A stretch of DNA of 64,000 nt from Faecalibacterium sp. CAG:74 (GCA_963595425.1 CAVBHN010000011.1:243-64242); one strand, 5' to 3'; positions 49,796 through 60,238 are shown, counted from the first letter of the stretch. The notes: generated by a model from the letters alone, not told the origin. Numbers and translations: made by a program.

Positions 49796-51152
49796 TTTCA
49801 AGTTAAAAACAAATTTATTAAATAAAATTTTAATATTTATCCTTAGCAGTCTGGTATTTATTTCAAGCTCTGTTGTGGCATTTGCAGAGGTAGATACAAG
49901 TGCTGTATTTACTGTCGACAGTGATTATTGGACATACTGGCCACAGGCAGAGGAGATTACAGGCAAGACTGCATGTCTCATGGATGCAGATACCGGGACA
50001 ATACTTTACAGCAAGGGACTTGATGCTCAAAGATTTCCGGCCAGCATTACAAAGCTGATGACTGCACTAATAGTGGCTGAAAACTGTTCGCTTGATGATC
50101 AGGTTACAATGACTGAGACAGGTATGGCTGATGCATATGCAGGAAGCTCTAATTGCAATCCGCAGCTTGGTGAGGTTTTTACGGTAAAGGAATGTCTTGA
50201 ACTTCTGCTTATAAAATCAGCGAATGATATTGCTTCACAGCTTGCAGAGCATACAGCTGGTTCAGTCCAAAATTTTGCAACAATGATGAACGAAAAAGCA
50301 ATACTTCTTGGCTGTACAAATACAAATTTTGTAAATGCCAGCGGACTTGAGGATCCGAATCATTATACAAGCGCAAGAGATATGGCACTTATTATGCGTG
50401 CAGCAATCCAAAATGATACTATACGTGAAATAATGGGTATGCCATCCTGTACTATACCGGCAACAAATATGTCGAATGAAAGATATTATACAACTCATAA
50501 TCTTTTGATGCAGCCTGACAGCGGATATTATTATGAAGGATGTCTCGGCGGAAAAACCGGCTATACGGATATTTCTCAAAGTACGCTCGTTTGCTATGCT
50601 CAAAGAAATGATATGACTCTTATAGGTGTTGTTATGGGTGCGCCTGAAACACAGAGCAATGCAAGCGATATGATAACATTGTTTGATTATGGCTTTAATA
50701 ATTTCTACAGATCGGAGGCCATACCGGGAGCCTCATGCTTGTCCGGAGGAGCAATTACCTTACCTTACGGATTGGATGCTTCACAGCTTACGCTTACAGC
50801 AACTGACAATGGCGAAAATAAAGATTTTACTTTAACTGTTGACGATCATATCATAGGACGCGGAAGTATGACCGCTGCTGAATATTCAAGGATAACAGGA
50901 GAAAGCACAGCCTCGACGAGCATTGTACAGGAAGTACCTTCCGAGACATCACAATCAGCTGTCAGCTCGTCAGAAAGTATGGCCAATAATGCCGGCAATA
51001 CTGACACCAGTATTTCTAAAGATAACAGTGCAAAAAGTCCTGTGCTTTATGTTATTATGATTGTACTTGGAATAGCTATACTTATTGGCATAATTTATAT
51101 AATACAAAAAAACAGAAAACAAAAAAAACGAAGAAGGAAAAAAAGAAGGTAA
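49788..51152 (+). CDS. D-alanyl-D-alanine carboxypeptidase (S11, PBP5-type) with C-terminal anchor
   Basis: A signal peptide starts at the internal ATG 49788. Motifs present: SITK (SxxK), SAN (SxN) and KTG. Ser-rich linker, one TM helix, and a K/R tail. Confidence 0.85.
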   Translation: MNNFKLKTNLLNKILIFILSSLVFISSSVVAFAEVDTSAVFTVDSDYWTYWPQAEEITGKTACLMDADTGTILYSKGLDAQRFPASITKLMTALIVAENCSLDDQVTMTETGMADAYAGSSNCNPQLGEVFTVKECLELLLIKSANDIASQLAEHTAGSVQNFATMMNEKAILLGCTNTNFVNASGLEDPNHYTSARDMALIMRAAIQNDTIREIMGMPSCTIPATNMSNERYYTTHNLLMQPDSGYYYEGCLGGKTGYTDISQSTLVCYAQRNDMTLIGVVMGAPETQSNASDMITLFDYGFNNFYRSEAIPGASCLSGGAITLPYGLDASQLTLTATDNGENKDFTLTVDDHIIGRGSMTAAEYSRITGESTASTSIVQEVPSETSQSAVSSSESMANNAGNTDTSISKDNSAKSPVLYVIMIVLGIAILIGIIYIIQKNRKQKKRRRKKRR

Positions 51153-51168
51153 TAATTAGGAGGAAATT

Positions 51169-52026
51169 ATGAGATTTTTAGTTACGGGAGTTAAAGGTCA
51201 GCTCGGCCATGACATAATGAACGAATTGCATAAAAGAGGTCACGAGGGCATAGGAGTTGACATTGCAGAGATGGATATAACGGATCCTGCTGCATGCGAA
51301 AGGGTCATTACAGAATCAAATGTAGACGGAGTATTCCATTGTGCAGCTTATACAGCAGTTGATGCTGCCGAGGATAATAAGGAAGTCTGCATGAAAATAA
51401 ATGCCGGCGGTACAGAAAACATTGCTAAAGTTTGCGAGAAGCTTGATATAAAGATGATGTATATCAGTACTGATTATGTATTTAATGGTGAAGGAACAAG
51501 ACCATGGGAGCCAGATGACGAAAGGGAGCCTTTAAATGCATATGGCGAAAGCAAATATTATGGAGAGGTTGCTGTAACTGACCATGTGAAGAAATTTTAC
51601 ATAGTAAGAATCGCTTGGGTATTTGGTGTAAATGGCAAGAATTTCATTAAAACAATGCTTAAGCTTGGAAAAGAAAGAGATACTCTTACGGTAGTAGATG
51701 ATCAGATCGGATCACCAACATATACTTATGACCTTTCAAGATTGCTTGTAGATATGATGGAAACAGACAAATATGGATTTTATCATGCAACAAATGAAGG
51801 TCTCTGCAGCTGGTATGAATTTGCCTGTGAGATATTTAAACAGGCCGGTATGAATGTTAAGGTTCTGCCTGTATCATCGGATCAATATAAGGCTAAGGCA
51901 AAAAGACCTTCAAACAGCCGTTTGAATAAAGAAAAGCTTTCTGCAAACGGATTTGAAAGACTTCCAAAATGGCAGGATGCTCTCTCAAGATACCTTGTTG
52001 AGCTGAAAGAACAGGAAAATCTTTGA
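51169..52026 (+). CDS. rfbD: dTDP-4-dehydrorhamnose reductase
   Basis: VTGVKGQLG Rossmann motif, YGESKYYGE (YxxxK), and GSPTYT. 285 aa. Confidence 0.88.
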   Translation: MRFLVTGVKGQLGHDIMNELHKRGHEGIGVDIAEMDITDPAACERVITESNVDGVFHCAAYTAVDAAEDNKEVCMKINAGGTENIAKVCEKLDIKMMYISTDYVFNGEGTRPWEPDDEREPLNAYGESKYYGEVAVTDHVKKFYIVRIAWVFGVNGKNFIKTMLKLGKERDTLTVVDDQIGSPTYTYDLSRLLVDMMETDKYGFYHATNEGLCSWYEFACEIFKQAGMNVKVLPVSSDQYKAKAKRPSNSRLNKEKLSANGFERLPKWQDALSRYLVELKEQENL

Positions 52027-53405
52027 TGGTGCTAAGGAAAAGCATATTATCAAAAAGAAGAGTCAGACTCTTTGCTTTTCTAAGTATTGTATTTGTTTTT
52101 ATATTGATGTGGGCATGTATTCAGCCGTTAAATTCATCACCGGATGAGGGAATGCGTTATGATATTGTTCGCTTTATAATAAATCACGGATACATTCCGG
52201 ATGGCAGAGATCCGGAGATAAGAAGCCAGATTTGGGGTATATCCTATGCATTTTATCCTATTATTTCCTATATGATAATGGCTATACCCGCAAAGCTGAT
52301 AAGTCTGTTTACTACAGATGCATTTGCCTGTGTTATAGCGGCCAGAGTTGTAAATGCCATATTTGGAACAATTACAGCTTATCTTGTGGTTCGCATTTCA
52401 GAAATGCTTTTTTGCGGCAGGGAAAGATATTTGTTTACCGCTCTTGTAGTATTTTTGCCCGGTGTAGTATTTGTTCAATCATATGTAAATAATGATGCGA
52501 TGGCACTTTTAGCAACAGCATGGATAATTTATGTATGGGCAAGGGCAATAAAGGAAGGCTGGACCTGGGGACTTTGTATCCATTTATCCTTTGCAATAGC
52601 TGTATGTGCTTTATCTTATTATAATGCATATGGCTTTATTCTTTGCAGTATTATATTTTTCTTTACGACAATACTTACAAGTAATTCCGAAAAAAACAAA
52701 GAAAAATATGTTATATCAAGGACAGTGCTTATTGTTATCCTTGTTTTGGCACTTGCAGGATGGTGGTTTGTAAGAAATTATATTCTATATGGTGATTTCA
52801 CCGGCTGGAATGTAACCACGCAGTATTCGGAAATGTATGCAATGGATGGCTATAAACCATCACAAAGAGATAATCTTGCCCAAAACGGTATTAATTTCTT
52901 TAAGCTTTTGACATTAAGAAAAAACGGTTCTCTTCCGTGGATAATTATTGTTATAAGAGGATATATAGGAACCTTTGGATATCTTAATATTTATATGCCG
53001 CTTTTGCTTACGGCTGTATATGCACTGATTATAGGAATAGGGGCAGTAGGCTTCTTTTTATGCCTAAGAGATACATTTAAGCTTAAGGCTTCTGATAGAG
53101 AAAACGGAGGGCTTTGCAAAAAAGGAATTTTCAATTGGTGTATGCTTATAGCAATAATAATCACCTTTGCGTTTTTGGTTTATTATAATCTTTACAGCGA
53201 TTTTCAGGCCCAGGGAAGATATCTGATTCCTATGACTATTCCGTTGATGTATTTTGTTACACTTGGAATACAAAGACTTATGAATTTGTTTGTAAAAAGA
53301 AAAAAAATTCAAAATATAATTTACAGTGTAATATGCATTTTAATAATTGTCTGTACAGCTCTTGTATATATTGTTACAGTATATCCGGCATATACGAGCC
53401 TATAG
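52026..53405 (+). CDS. Polytopic membrane glycosyltransferase, GT-C fold (PMT_2/ArnT-like, lipid-carrier dependent); specific function unknown
   Basis: At least 10 TM segments. The first extracytoplasmic loop carries SSPDEGMRYD, an acidic DE motif typical of GT-C enzymes. The ATG overlaps the rfbD stop (TGATG). Confidence 0.55.
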   Translation: MVLRKSILSKRRVRLFAFLSIVFVFILMWACIQPLNSSPDEGMRYDIVRFIINHGYIPDGRDPEIRSQIWGISYAFYPIISYMIMAIPAKLISLFTTDAFACVIAARVVNAIFGTITAYLVVRISEMLFCGRERYLFTALVVFLPGVVFVQSYVNNDAMALLATAWIIYVWARAIKEGWTWGLCIHLSFAIAVCALSYYNAYGFILCSIIFFFTTILTSNSEKNKEKYVISRTVLIVILVLALAGWWFVRNYILYGDFTGWNVTTQYSEMYAMDGYKPSQRDNLAQNGINFFKLLTLRKNGSLPWIIIVIRGYIGTFGYLNIYMPLLLTAVYALIIGIGAVGFFLCLRDTFKLKASDRENGGLCKKGIFNWCMLIAIIITFAFLVYYNLYSDFQAQGRYLIPMTIPLMYFVTLGIQRLMNLFVKRKKIQNIIYSVICILIIVCTALVYIVTVYPAYTSL

Positions 53406-53513
53406 TTTATATAATGAAGGCCGATACAGATTATGATATCGGCAGAACCTTGTTTTTGGATATACATACTTTGAGGCTTTACAGATTTTAAAGCTTGTAT
53501 AATTAGATTTTTA

Positions 53514-53542
53514 TTTACAATTGTTGTGTAATATGCTATATT
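53514..53542 (+). promoter_or_regulatory. Sigma-A type promoter for rpsO
   Basis: TTTACA (53514-19), a 17-nt spacer, then TGc-TATATT (extended -10, 53537-42), about 90 nt upstream of rpsO. Confidence 0.55.
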
Positions 53543-53630
53543 TCATGATTGGAAAAGCTATGGTTCAGTGACAGGAATCTCCGACCTTCTCTTAACCATA
53601 AGCGTTAGATCAAAACAGGAGGATATAAAA

Positions 53631-53897
53631 ATGATCGCAAAAGAAAAGAAACAGGAAATTATTAAAGAGTATGCAAGATGCGAAGGTGATACAGGTTCAC
53701 CGGAAGTTCAGGTAGCAATTCTTACAGCTCGTATTCAGGAGCTTACAGAGCATCTTAAGGTCAATCATAAGGATCATCACTCAAGAAGAGGACTTCTTAA
53801 AATGGTTGGTAAAAGACGTGGACTTCTTGCTTATCTTAAGAAAATTGACATCGAAAGATATCGTTCTCTCATTGAGCGCTTAGGCATCAGAAAATAA
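53631..53897 (+). CDS. rpsO: 30S ribosomal protein S15
   Basis: 88 aa with [14 protein letters not shown]. The ATG at 53631 follows AGGAGG. Confidence 0.93.
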   Translation: MIAKEKKQEIIKEYARCEGDTGSPEVQVAILTARIQELTEHLKVNHKDHHSRRGLLKMVGKRRGLLAYLKKIDIERYRSLIERLGIRK

Positions 53898-53911
53898 TCT
53901 TTGAATCCTAT

Positions 53912-53949
53912 CTAAGCTGCTTTCATAAGAAAGCAGCTTAGAATTTTTT
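53912..53949 (+). terminator. Intrinsic terminator after rpsO
   Basis: 13-bp perfect stem CTAAGCTGCTTTC / GAAAGCAGCTTAG with an ATAA loop, followed by TTTTTT. Confidence 0.85.
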
Positions 53950-54023
53950 GTGTAATAAGAAGATTCAAAAAGCTTATCTAATTACATGAAAATTACAAAT
54001 TTGATTAAATTTCAGACTTTAGC

Positions 54024-54101
54024 GTAAGGGCATCGACCGAGACTACTGAAAAGCATATCAGTGCTTTTATGACATGTTTTTCAGTTGTTTCGGGTCCTTA
54101 C
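54024..54101 (+). promoter_or_regulatory. Long imperfect hairpin in the pnp 5' leader (candidate RNase III autoregulation stem)
   Basis: GTAAGG..CGA..CTGAAAA pairs with TTTTCAG..TCG..CCTTAC, enclosing an inner GCA...TGC hairpin. It ends about 35 nt before the pnp start. Confidence 0.5.
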
Positions 54102-54134
54102 CCAAAGTCATATATTCCATAATGAAGGGAGAAT

Positions 54135-56276
54135 ATGATGGAAGAAACAAAAACATTTTCAACACCGCTTGTAAATGAATATAAAACATATTCAATGGAG
54201 CTTGCGGGACGTACTTTATCTGTAGATATCGGAAGGGTTGGTAAGCAGGCTAATGGCTGTGCATTTATCAAATATGGTGATACAACATTGCTTTGTACTG
54301 CTACAGCTTCTTCAAAGCCAAGAGAAGGAATAGATTTCTTCCCGCTTTCTGTAGAATATGAAGAAAAAATGTATGCAGTAGGAAAGATTCCGGGAGGATT
54401 CAATAAAAGAGAGGGAAAAGCAAGCGAGCATGCAGTGCTTACATCACGTGTAATTGACAGACCTATGCGTCCTTTGTTTCCAAAGGATTACAGAAATGAT
54501 GTTACTCTCAGCAACATGGTTATGGCAGTAGATCCTAAGTGCAATCCGGAGGTTGTAGCTATGCTTGGATCTGCACTTGCAACATCTATCTCCGATATTC
54601 CTTTTGACGGACCTATATCCGGTACACAGATAGGACTTATAGACGATGAGCTGATTGTCAATCCTTCACTCGAGCAGAATAAGGTATCTGACTTAAAGCT
54701 TACAGTTGCTTCAACAAGAGAAAAGGTTATTATGATCGAGGCCGGAGCTAATGAGGTTCCGGAGGACAAAATGATCGAGGCTATTTACCTTGCTCATGAT
54801 GTAAATAAAAAGGTTATCGGATTCTTTGACAAAATTGTAGAAGAGTGCGGAAAGCCTAAGCATTCATACGAAAGCTGTGCTATTCCTGAAGAACTCTTTG
54901 CTGCAATCAAGGAAATCGTTCCGCAGGATGAAATGGAAACTGCTGTTTTCACAGATGAAAAACAGATTAGAGAAGAAAATATTGCAGCAATTACAGCTAA
55001 GCTTGAGGAGGCATTTGCTGAAAATGAAGAATGGCTTGCTGTATTAGGCGAAGCTATTTATCAATATCAGAAAAAGACAGTAAGAAAGATGATCTTAAAG
55101 GATCATAAGAGACCTGATGGACGTGCTATTCGACAGATTCGTCCTTTGGCTGCAGAGATAGACGTAGTTCCGCGTGTTCACGGTTCAGCTATGTTTACGA
55201 GAGGACAGACTCAGATCTGCAATGTATGTACACTTGCACCTCTTTCAGAGGCTCAGCGCTTGGACGGACTTGATGAATTTGAGACAGAAAAGCGTTATAT
55301 GCATCATTACAACTTCCCATCATATTCTGTAGGTGAGACAAAGCCTTCAAGAGGACCGGGACGTCGTGAGATCGGACATGGAGCGCTTGCAGAAAAGGCT
55401 CTTATCCCTGTTTTGCCTTCAGAAAAAGAATTTCCGTATGCTATACGTACAGTTTCTGAAACATTTGAATCAAATGGTTCAACATCACAGGCATCAGTTT
55501 GTGCATCATCACTTTCACTTATGGCTGCCGGAGTACCTATTAAAAAGCCGGTTGCCGGAATATCCTGCGGTCTTGTTACAGGAGATACGGATGATGACTA
55601 TCTTGTTCTTACTGATATTCAGGGACTTGAGGATTTCTTCGGAGACATGGACTTCAAGGTAGCAGGTACTCATGATGGTATTACAGCTATCCAGATGGAT
55701 ATTAAGATTCATGGACTTACTGAGGATATCGTTAAGGAAGCAATTGCAAGATGTAAGGATGCAAGAGAGTATATTCTTTCTGAGGTTATGGAGAAGACAA
55801 TTGCACAGCCTAGAGAGACTGTTAATGAGTATGCACCAAAGATTATTCAGATTCAAATTGATCCTGATAAGATTGGTGAGGTTGTCGGACAAAGAGGAAA
55901 GACAATTAATACTATTATAGAGAGAACAGGCGTAAAAATCGATATAACAGATGATGGCTTCGTATCTATCTGCGGAAATGATGCTCAGATGATGGAGAAG
56001 GCACTTCAGTATATTAAGACTATTGTTACTGAATTTGAAAAGGGACAGATTCTCACAGGCTCAGTTGTAAGCATCAAGGAATTTGGCGCTTTCATTGAAT
56101 TCGCACCTGGAAAAGAGGGAATGGTTCACATTTCAAATATAGCTAAGGAGCGCATCAACAGAGTAGAGGATGTACTTACTCTTGGAGATGTTGTAACAGT
56201 TATCTGCCTTGGAAAGGACAAGATGGGCAGAATAAGCTTTAGCATAAAGGATGTACCTTCAAATAAGAAAAAATAA
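54135..56276 (+). CDS. pnp: Polyribonucleotide nucleotidyltransferase (PNPase)
   Basis: Two RNase PH domains ([11 protein letters not shown]), a KH domain (VVGQRGKTI) and an S1 domain. The start is 54135 or 54138. Confidence 0.93.
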   Translation: MMEETKTFSTPLVNEYKTYSMELAGRTLSVDIGRVGKQANGCAFIKYGDTTLLCTATASSKPREGIDFFPLSVEYEEKMYAVGKIPGGFNKREGKASEHAVLTSRVIDRPMRPLFPKDYRNDVTLSNMVMAVDPKCNPEVVAMLGSALATSISDIPFDGPISGTQIGLIDDELIVNPSLEQNKVSDLKLTVASTREKVIMIEAGANEVPEDKMIEAIYLAHDVNKKVIGFFDKIVEECGKPKHSYESCAIPEELFAAIKEIVPQDEMETAVFTDEKQIREENIAAITAKLEEAFAENEEWLAVLGEAIYQYQKKTVRKMILKDHKRPDGRAIRQIRPLAAEIDVVPRVHGSAMFTRGQTQICNVCTLAPLSEAQRLDGLDEFETEKRYMHHYNFPSYSVGETKPSRGPGRREIGHGALAEKALIPVLPSEKEFPYAIRTVSETFESNGSTSQASVCASSLSLMAAGVPIKKPVAGISCGLVTGDTDDDYLVLTDIQGLEDFFGDMDFKVAGTHDGITAIQMDIKIHGLTEDIVKEAIARCKDAREYILSEVMEKTIAQPRETVNEYAPKIIQIQIDPDKIGEVVGQRGKTINTIIERTGVKIDITDDGFVSICGNDAQMMEKALQYIKTIVTEFEKGQILTGSVVSIKEFGAFIEFAPGKEGMVHISNIAKERINRVEDVLTLGDVVTVICLGKDKMGRISFSIKDVPSNKKK

Positions 56277-56317
56277 TATTTAAGAAAAATAATATTTATC
56301 ACGGGAGCTCTCGGAAA

Positions 56318-56749
56318 ATGGAAACAATCAGAATCAAGTATTTGAATAATGATATTGAACGTCTTAGATATATCGACGGGAAATCAGATTGGATAGATCT
56401 GAGAGCTGCCGAGGATGTAGAATTAAAAAAAGGTGAGTTTCGTCTTATACATCTTGGAGTTGCAATGCAGCTTCCGAGAGGATATGAAGCTCATTTGGTT
56501 CCGCGAAGCAGTACATATAAAAATTTTGGAATTATCCAGACAAATCATATGGGCGTGATAGATGAAACCTATTGCGGACCAAACGATTGGTGGAAGATGC
56601 CGGTATATGCTGTACGTGATACCAAAATCAATAAAGGAGAACGCATTTGTCAGTTTCGAATAATGGAGCACCAGCCCGAGATAATATTTGAAGAGGGCGA
56701 TTTGACAGGAAGTGACAGAGGCGGATTCGGAAGCACAGGAGTTAAGTAG
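56318..56749 (+). CDS. dut: dUTP diphosphatase (trimeric dUTPase)
   Basis: 143 aa with PRSS, GVIDETY and RGGFGSTG motifs. Confidence 0.85.
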   Translation: METIRIKYLNNDIERLRYIDGKSDWIDLRAAEDVELKKGEFRLIHLGVAMQLPRGYEAHLVPRSSTYKNFGIIQTNHMGVIDETYCGPNDWWKMPVYAVRDTKINKGERICQFRIMEHQPEIIFEEGDLTGSDRGGFGSTGVK

Positions 56750-56769
56750 TTCCGAATAGAGGTGGGCTT

Positions 56770-57357
56770 ATGTTATATATTTGGAAGCATTTTAAAACTA
56801 TTACAAGTCACAGGATCAAGGTGATGAAATATTGTTTTAAAATAGGTCTTTATTATCAGGGGCTCACCCATGATCTTTCAAAATATTCATGGACTGAATT
56901 TTCAGAGGGATGCAGATTTTTTCAAGGAGACAGAAGCCCCAATAATAAGGCAAGAGAAGTGACAGGCATTTCAAAGGCGTGGCTTCATCATAAGGGCAGA
57001 AATAAGCATCATTATGAATATTGGATAGATTATGATTTTAACAGTCCTAATTTTCTTTCGGGACTTGATATGCCGCGCAAATATATCGCTGAAATGGTTA
57101 TAGACAGGATATGTGCATGTGAGGTTTATCAAAAAGAAAAATATACACAACGTTCTGCTTATGAATATTATCTTAAGGGAACAAAAAAACTTTGGTTTAT
57201 TAGTCCTAAGACAAAGCATGATCTTGAGATGCTTCTTATAATGATGGCAGAAAAGGGTCAGGATGCTACTTTTAATTATATAAAAAATGTTTACCTTAAA
57301 CATGTTGATATAAAAGATAATCAATCAGAAGAAAATAAAGAATTACATCATTGTTAA
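56770..57357 (+). CDS. Uncharacterised His-rich protein (DUF5662-like as far as I can recall)
   Basis: 195 aa. GLTHDLSKY and WLHHKGRNKHHYEYW histidine clusters. No TM helix or signal peptide. Confidence 0.4.
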   Translation: MLYIWKHFKTITSHRIKVMKYCFKIGLYYQGLTHDLSKYSWTEFSEGCRFFQGDRSPNNKAREVTGISKAWLHHKGRNKHHYEYWIDYDFNSPNFLSGLDMPRKYIAEMVIDRICACEVYQKEKYTQRSAYEYYLKGTKKLWFISPKTKHDLEMLLIMMAEKGQDATFNYIKNVYLKHVDIKDNQSEENKELHHC

Positions 57358-57428
57358 ATTAGGCTGAAAAGATAAACTTTTTAATTTATATTAAAATAAA
57401 GTATAAATGCTTAAGGAAAGAGGAAATT

Positions 57429-58748
57429 ATGGTAAAGGTCGTTAAATTCGGCGGCAGCTCACTTGCAAACGCCGAGCAGTTTAAAAAAGTAAAAGACATT
57501 ATAATGAGTGACGAATCAAGACGATATGTTGTACCGTCAGCTCCCGGAAAACGTTTTGATAAGGATACCAAAGTAACGGATATGCTTTATGGCTGCTATG
57601 CGAAGGCAGAAGCAGACGAGGACTTCACATCTGAATTGGATGCAATAAGAGCCAGATATGAAGAGATAAACAACGATCTGAATATTGGATTTGATTTCAG
57701 CAATGAGTTTGAAACCATCAAAAAGAATTTTTTGGAAAAGGCAGGATCGGATTATGCTGCCTCAAGAGGAGAATATCTTAACGGTCTGCTTCTTTCTGCT
57801 TATCTTGGTTTTGAATTTGTAGATTCTGCTGAGGTTATCTTTTTTGATAAAAACGGGAATTATGATGAGGAAAAAACTCAAAAAACCATGTCAAAGCGCC
57901 TTAAGGATATGAAATATGCGGTTGTTCCGGGCTTTTATGGATGCGGTGCGGACGGAAAGGTAAAAACATTTTCAAGAGGCGGTTCAGATATTACCGGTTC
58001 ACTTGTTGCAAGCGCAATTCATGCTGATCTCTATGAAAACTGGACTGATGTACCGGGATTTTTGATTACTGATCCAAGAATCGTAGATAATCCGCCATCA
58101 ATAAGTACAATAACATATCGTGAGATGCGAGAATTGTCTTATATGGGTGCAACGGTTCTTCATGAGGATGCAGTATTCCCGCTTAGAAAAGAAGGAATTC
58201 CGGTTAATGTAAAGAATACAAACAAGCCTTCGGCTCCGGGAACAATGATAGTAGAAAGCACATGCAATAAACCTAAATATACTATCACAGGTATAGGCGG
58301 TAAAAAGGGCTTTGCTTCAATTACAATTGAAAAGGATATGATGAATTCCGAGATTGGATTTGGAAGAAAGGTTCTTCAGGTATTTGAGGAAAATGGTCTT
58401 TCATTCGAGCATACACCATCAGGAATAGATACATTTACTGTTTATGTATCTCAGAAGGAATTTGAGGAAAAGGAGCAGGCAGTAATTGCAGGACTTCATA
58501 GATCGGTAAAGCCGGATGTTATAGAGCTTGAATCCGATCTTGCACTTATAGCTGTTGTTGGCCGAGGTATGAAGAGAACAAGAGGAACTGCCGGAAGAAT
58601 TTTTTCAGCTCTTGCTCATGCTCATGTAAATGTTAAAATGATCGATCAGGGATCATCCGAGCTGAATATAATTATTGGTGTTGAAAACAGAGATTTCGAG
58701 ACAGCAATTAAAGCAATATACAGTATTTTTGTAGATACCAAAATATAA
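57429..58748 (+). CDS. Aspartate kinase (monofunctional, with C-terminal ACT domains)
   Basis: VVKFGGSSL N-terminal kinase motif, FSRGGSD, and C-terminal paired ACT-like regions (IAVVGRGM). Confidence 0.88.
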   Translation: MVKVVKFGGSSLANAEQFKKVKDIIMSDESRRYVVPSAPGKRFDKDTKVTDMLYGCYAKAEADEDFTSELDAIRARYEEINNDLNIGFDFSNEFETIKKNFLEKAGSDYAASRGEYLNGLLLSAYLGFEFVDSAEVIFFDKNGNYDEEKTQKTMSKRLKDMKYAVVPGFYGCGADGKVKTFSRGGSDITGSLVASAIHADLYENWTDVPGFLITDPRIVDNPPSISTITYREMRELSYMGATVLHEDAVFPLRKEGIPVNVKNTNKPSAPGTMIVESTCNKPKYTITGIGGKKGFASITIEKDMMNSEIGFGRKVLQVFEENGLSFEHTPSGIDTFTVYVSQKEFEEKEQAVIAGLHRSVKPDVIELESDLALIAVVGRGMKRTRGTAGRIFSALAHAHVNVKMIDQGSSELNIIIGVENRDFETAIKAIYSIFVDTKI

Positions 58749-58971
58749 TCGACTTAAAAAAATATTTTATAAAAGGGCAAGAAAATCCACTGCCTTTAGG
58801 TAGTGGATGACCTTAAGTGAGGTGATGGGGTTAAGCTCGGTACCTCGCAAGGCACGTAGTTTCGCTTTTATATGAGCAGGTAGTGAAGCGGATTGCGAAT
58901 ATCCTTGACTGGTGTTATGATAAATATTGTTCCTATGGATTAATTTTAGAAATATTTAGGGGGCTCTGTAC

Positions 58972-59670
58972 ATGAAAAGAGTTTTGCTTAAACTTAGCGG
59001 AGAAGCACTTGCCGGAGATAAAAAGACCGGATTTGATGATGAAACTATTCTTTCTGTTGCATCACAGGTAAAGCAGCTTGTTGATGACAATATCAATGTT
59101 GGCATTGTTATAGGTGGAGGAAATTTCTGGAGAGGACGTTCAAGCAAAAATATTGATCGAACCAAGGCTGATCAGATCGGTATGCTTGCTACTGTAATGA
59201 ATTGTATATATGTTTCTGAAATTTTCAGATCTATAGGAATGAAAACACAGATACTTACGCCATTTTCAGTAGGAGAGTTCACCAAAGGATTTTCAAAGGA
59301 CAGATGCAACAAATATTTTGACAAAAATATGGTTGTATTCTTTGCGGGCGGAACCGGTCATCCTTATTTTTCAACAGATACCGGTACTATGCTTAGAGCA
59401 ATAGAAATAGAAGCTGAAGCGGTTTTACTTGCTAAGGCAGTTGATGCGGTATATGATAAGGATCCTAAAAAGTACCCGGATGCTAAGAGATATACAGAGG
59501 TATCTATTAATGAGGTTGTTGAGAAGCAGCTTCAGGTAGTGGATATGACAGCTTCTATCCTTGCAATGGAAAATCATATGCCGATGTATGTATTTTCATT
59601 ATCAGAGCCAAATGGCATTGTTAAGGCAGCTAATGGAATTGTAACCGGAACCAAGGTAACTGCAGATTAA
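58972..59670 (+). CDS. pyrH: UMP kinase
   Basis: RVLLKLSGEAL, GGGNFWRG, and GTGHPYFSTD motifs. Confidence 0.92.
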   Translation: MKRVLLKLSGEALAGDKKTGFDDETILSVASQVKQLVDDNINVGIVIGGGNFWRGRSSKNIDRTKADQIGMLATVMNCIYVSEIFRSIGMKTQILTPFSVGEFTKGFSKDRCNKYFDKNMVVFFAGGTGHPYFSTDTGTMLRAIEIEAEAVLLAKAVDAVYDKDPKKYPDAKRYTEVSINEVVEKQLQVVDMTASILAMENHMPMYVFSLSEPNGIVKAANGIVTGTKVTAD

Positions 59671-59686
59671 ATAAGGAGTCAGCTGT

Positions 59687-60238
59687 ATGAATGATAAGAT
59701 TAAAATTTACGTTGATAAAATGACAAAAACAATGAATAACCTTTCAGTCGAGCTTGGAACAATCAGAGCAGGAAGAGCTAATCCTCATGTGCTTGACAAG
59801 CTCTCGGTTGATTATTACGGAACAGCTACACCGTTACAGCAGGTTGCAAATATTACTGTTCCAGAGGCAAGAATTCTACAAATACAGCCATGGGAGTCAT
59901 CTCTTATAAAGGAAATTACCAAGGCTGTTCAGATGTCAGATATTGGCATAAATCCTACAACAGACGGAAAAACAGTCAGACTTATCTTCCCTGAACTTAC
60001 AGAGGAAAGAAGAAAGCAGCTTGTTAAGGATGTTGAGAAAAAGGGTGAGGGTGCCAAAATAGCGATTAGAAATATAAGGCGAGACGGAAACGATGCCTTT
60101 AAAAAGCTTAAAAAAGAAGATGTTTCAGAGGATGAAATCAAGGATCTTCAGGATGAACTTCAGAAGCAAACTGACAAATTTATAAAGGATGTAGACAAGT
60201 CTATCGCTGAAAAATCAAAAGAGATTCTTACAGTTTAA
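59687..60238 (+). CDS. frr: Ribosome recycling factor
   Basis: 183 aa with IRAGRANPHVLD and IRNIRRD motifs. It follows pyrH. Confidence 0.92.
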   Translation: MNDKIKIYVDKMTKTMNNLSVELGTIRAGRANPHVLDKLSVDYYGTATPLQQVANITVPEARILQIQPWESSLIKEITKAVQMSDIGINPTTDGKTVRLIFPELTEERRKQLVKDVEKKGEGAKIAIRNIRRDGNDAFKKLKKEDVSEDEIKDLQDELQKQTDKFIKDVDKSIAEKSKEILTV

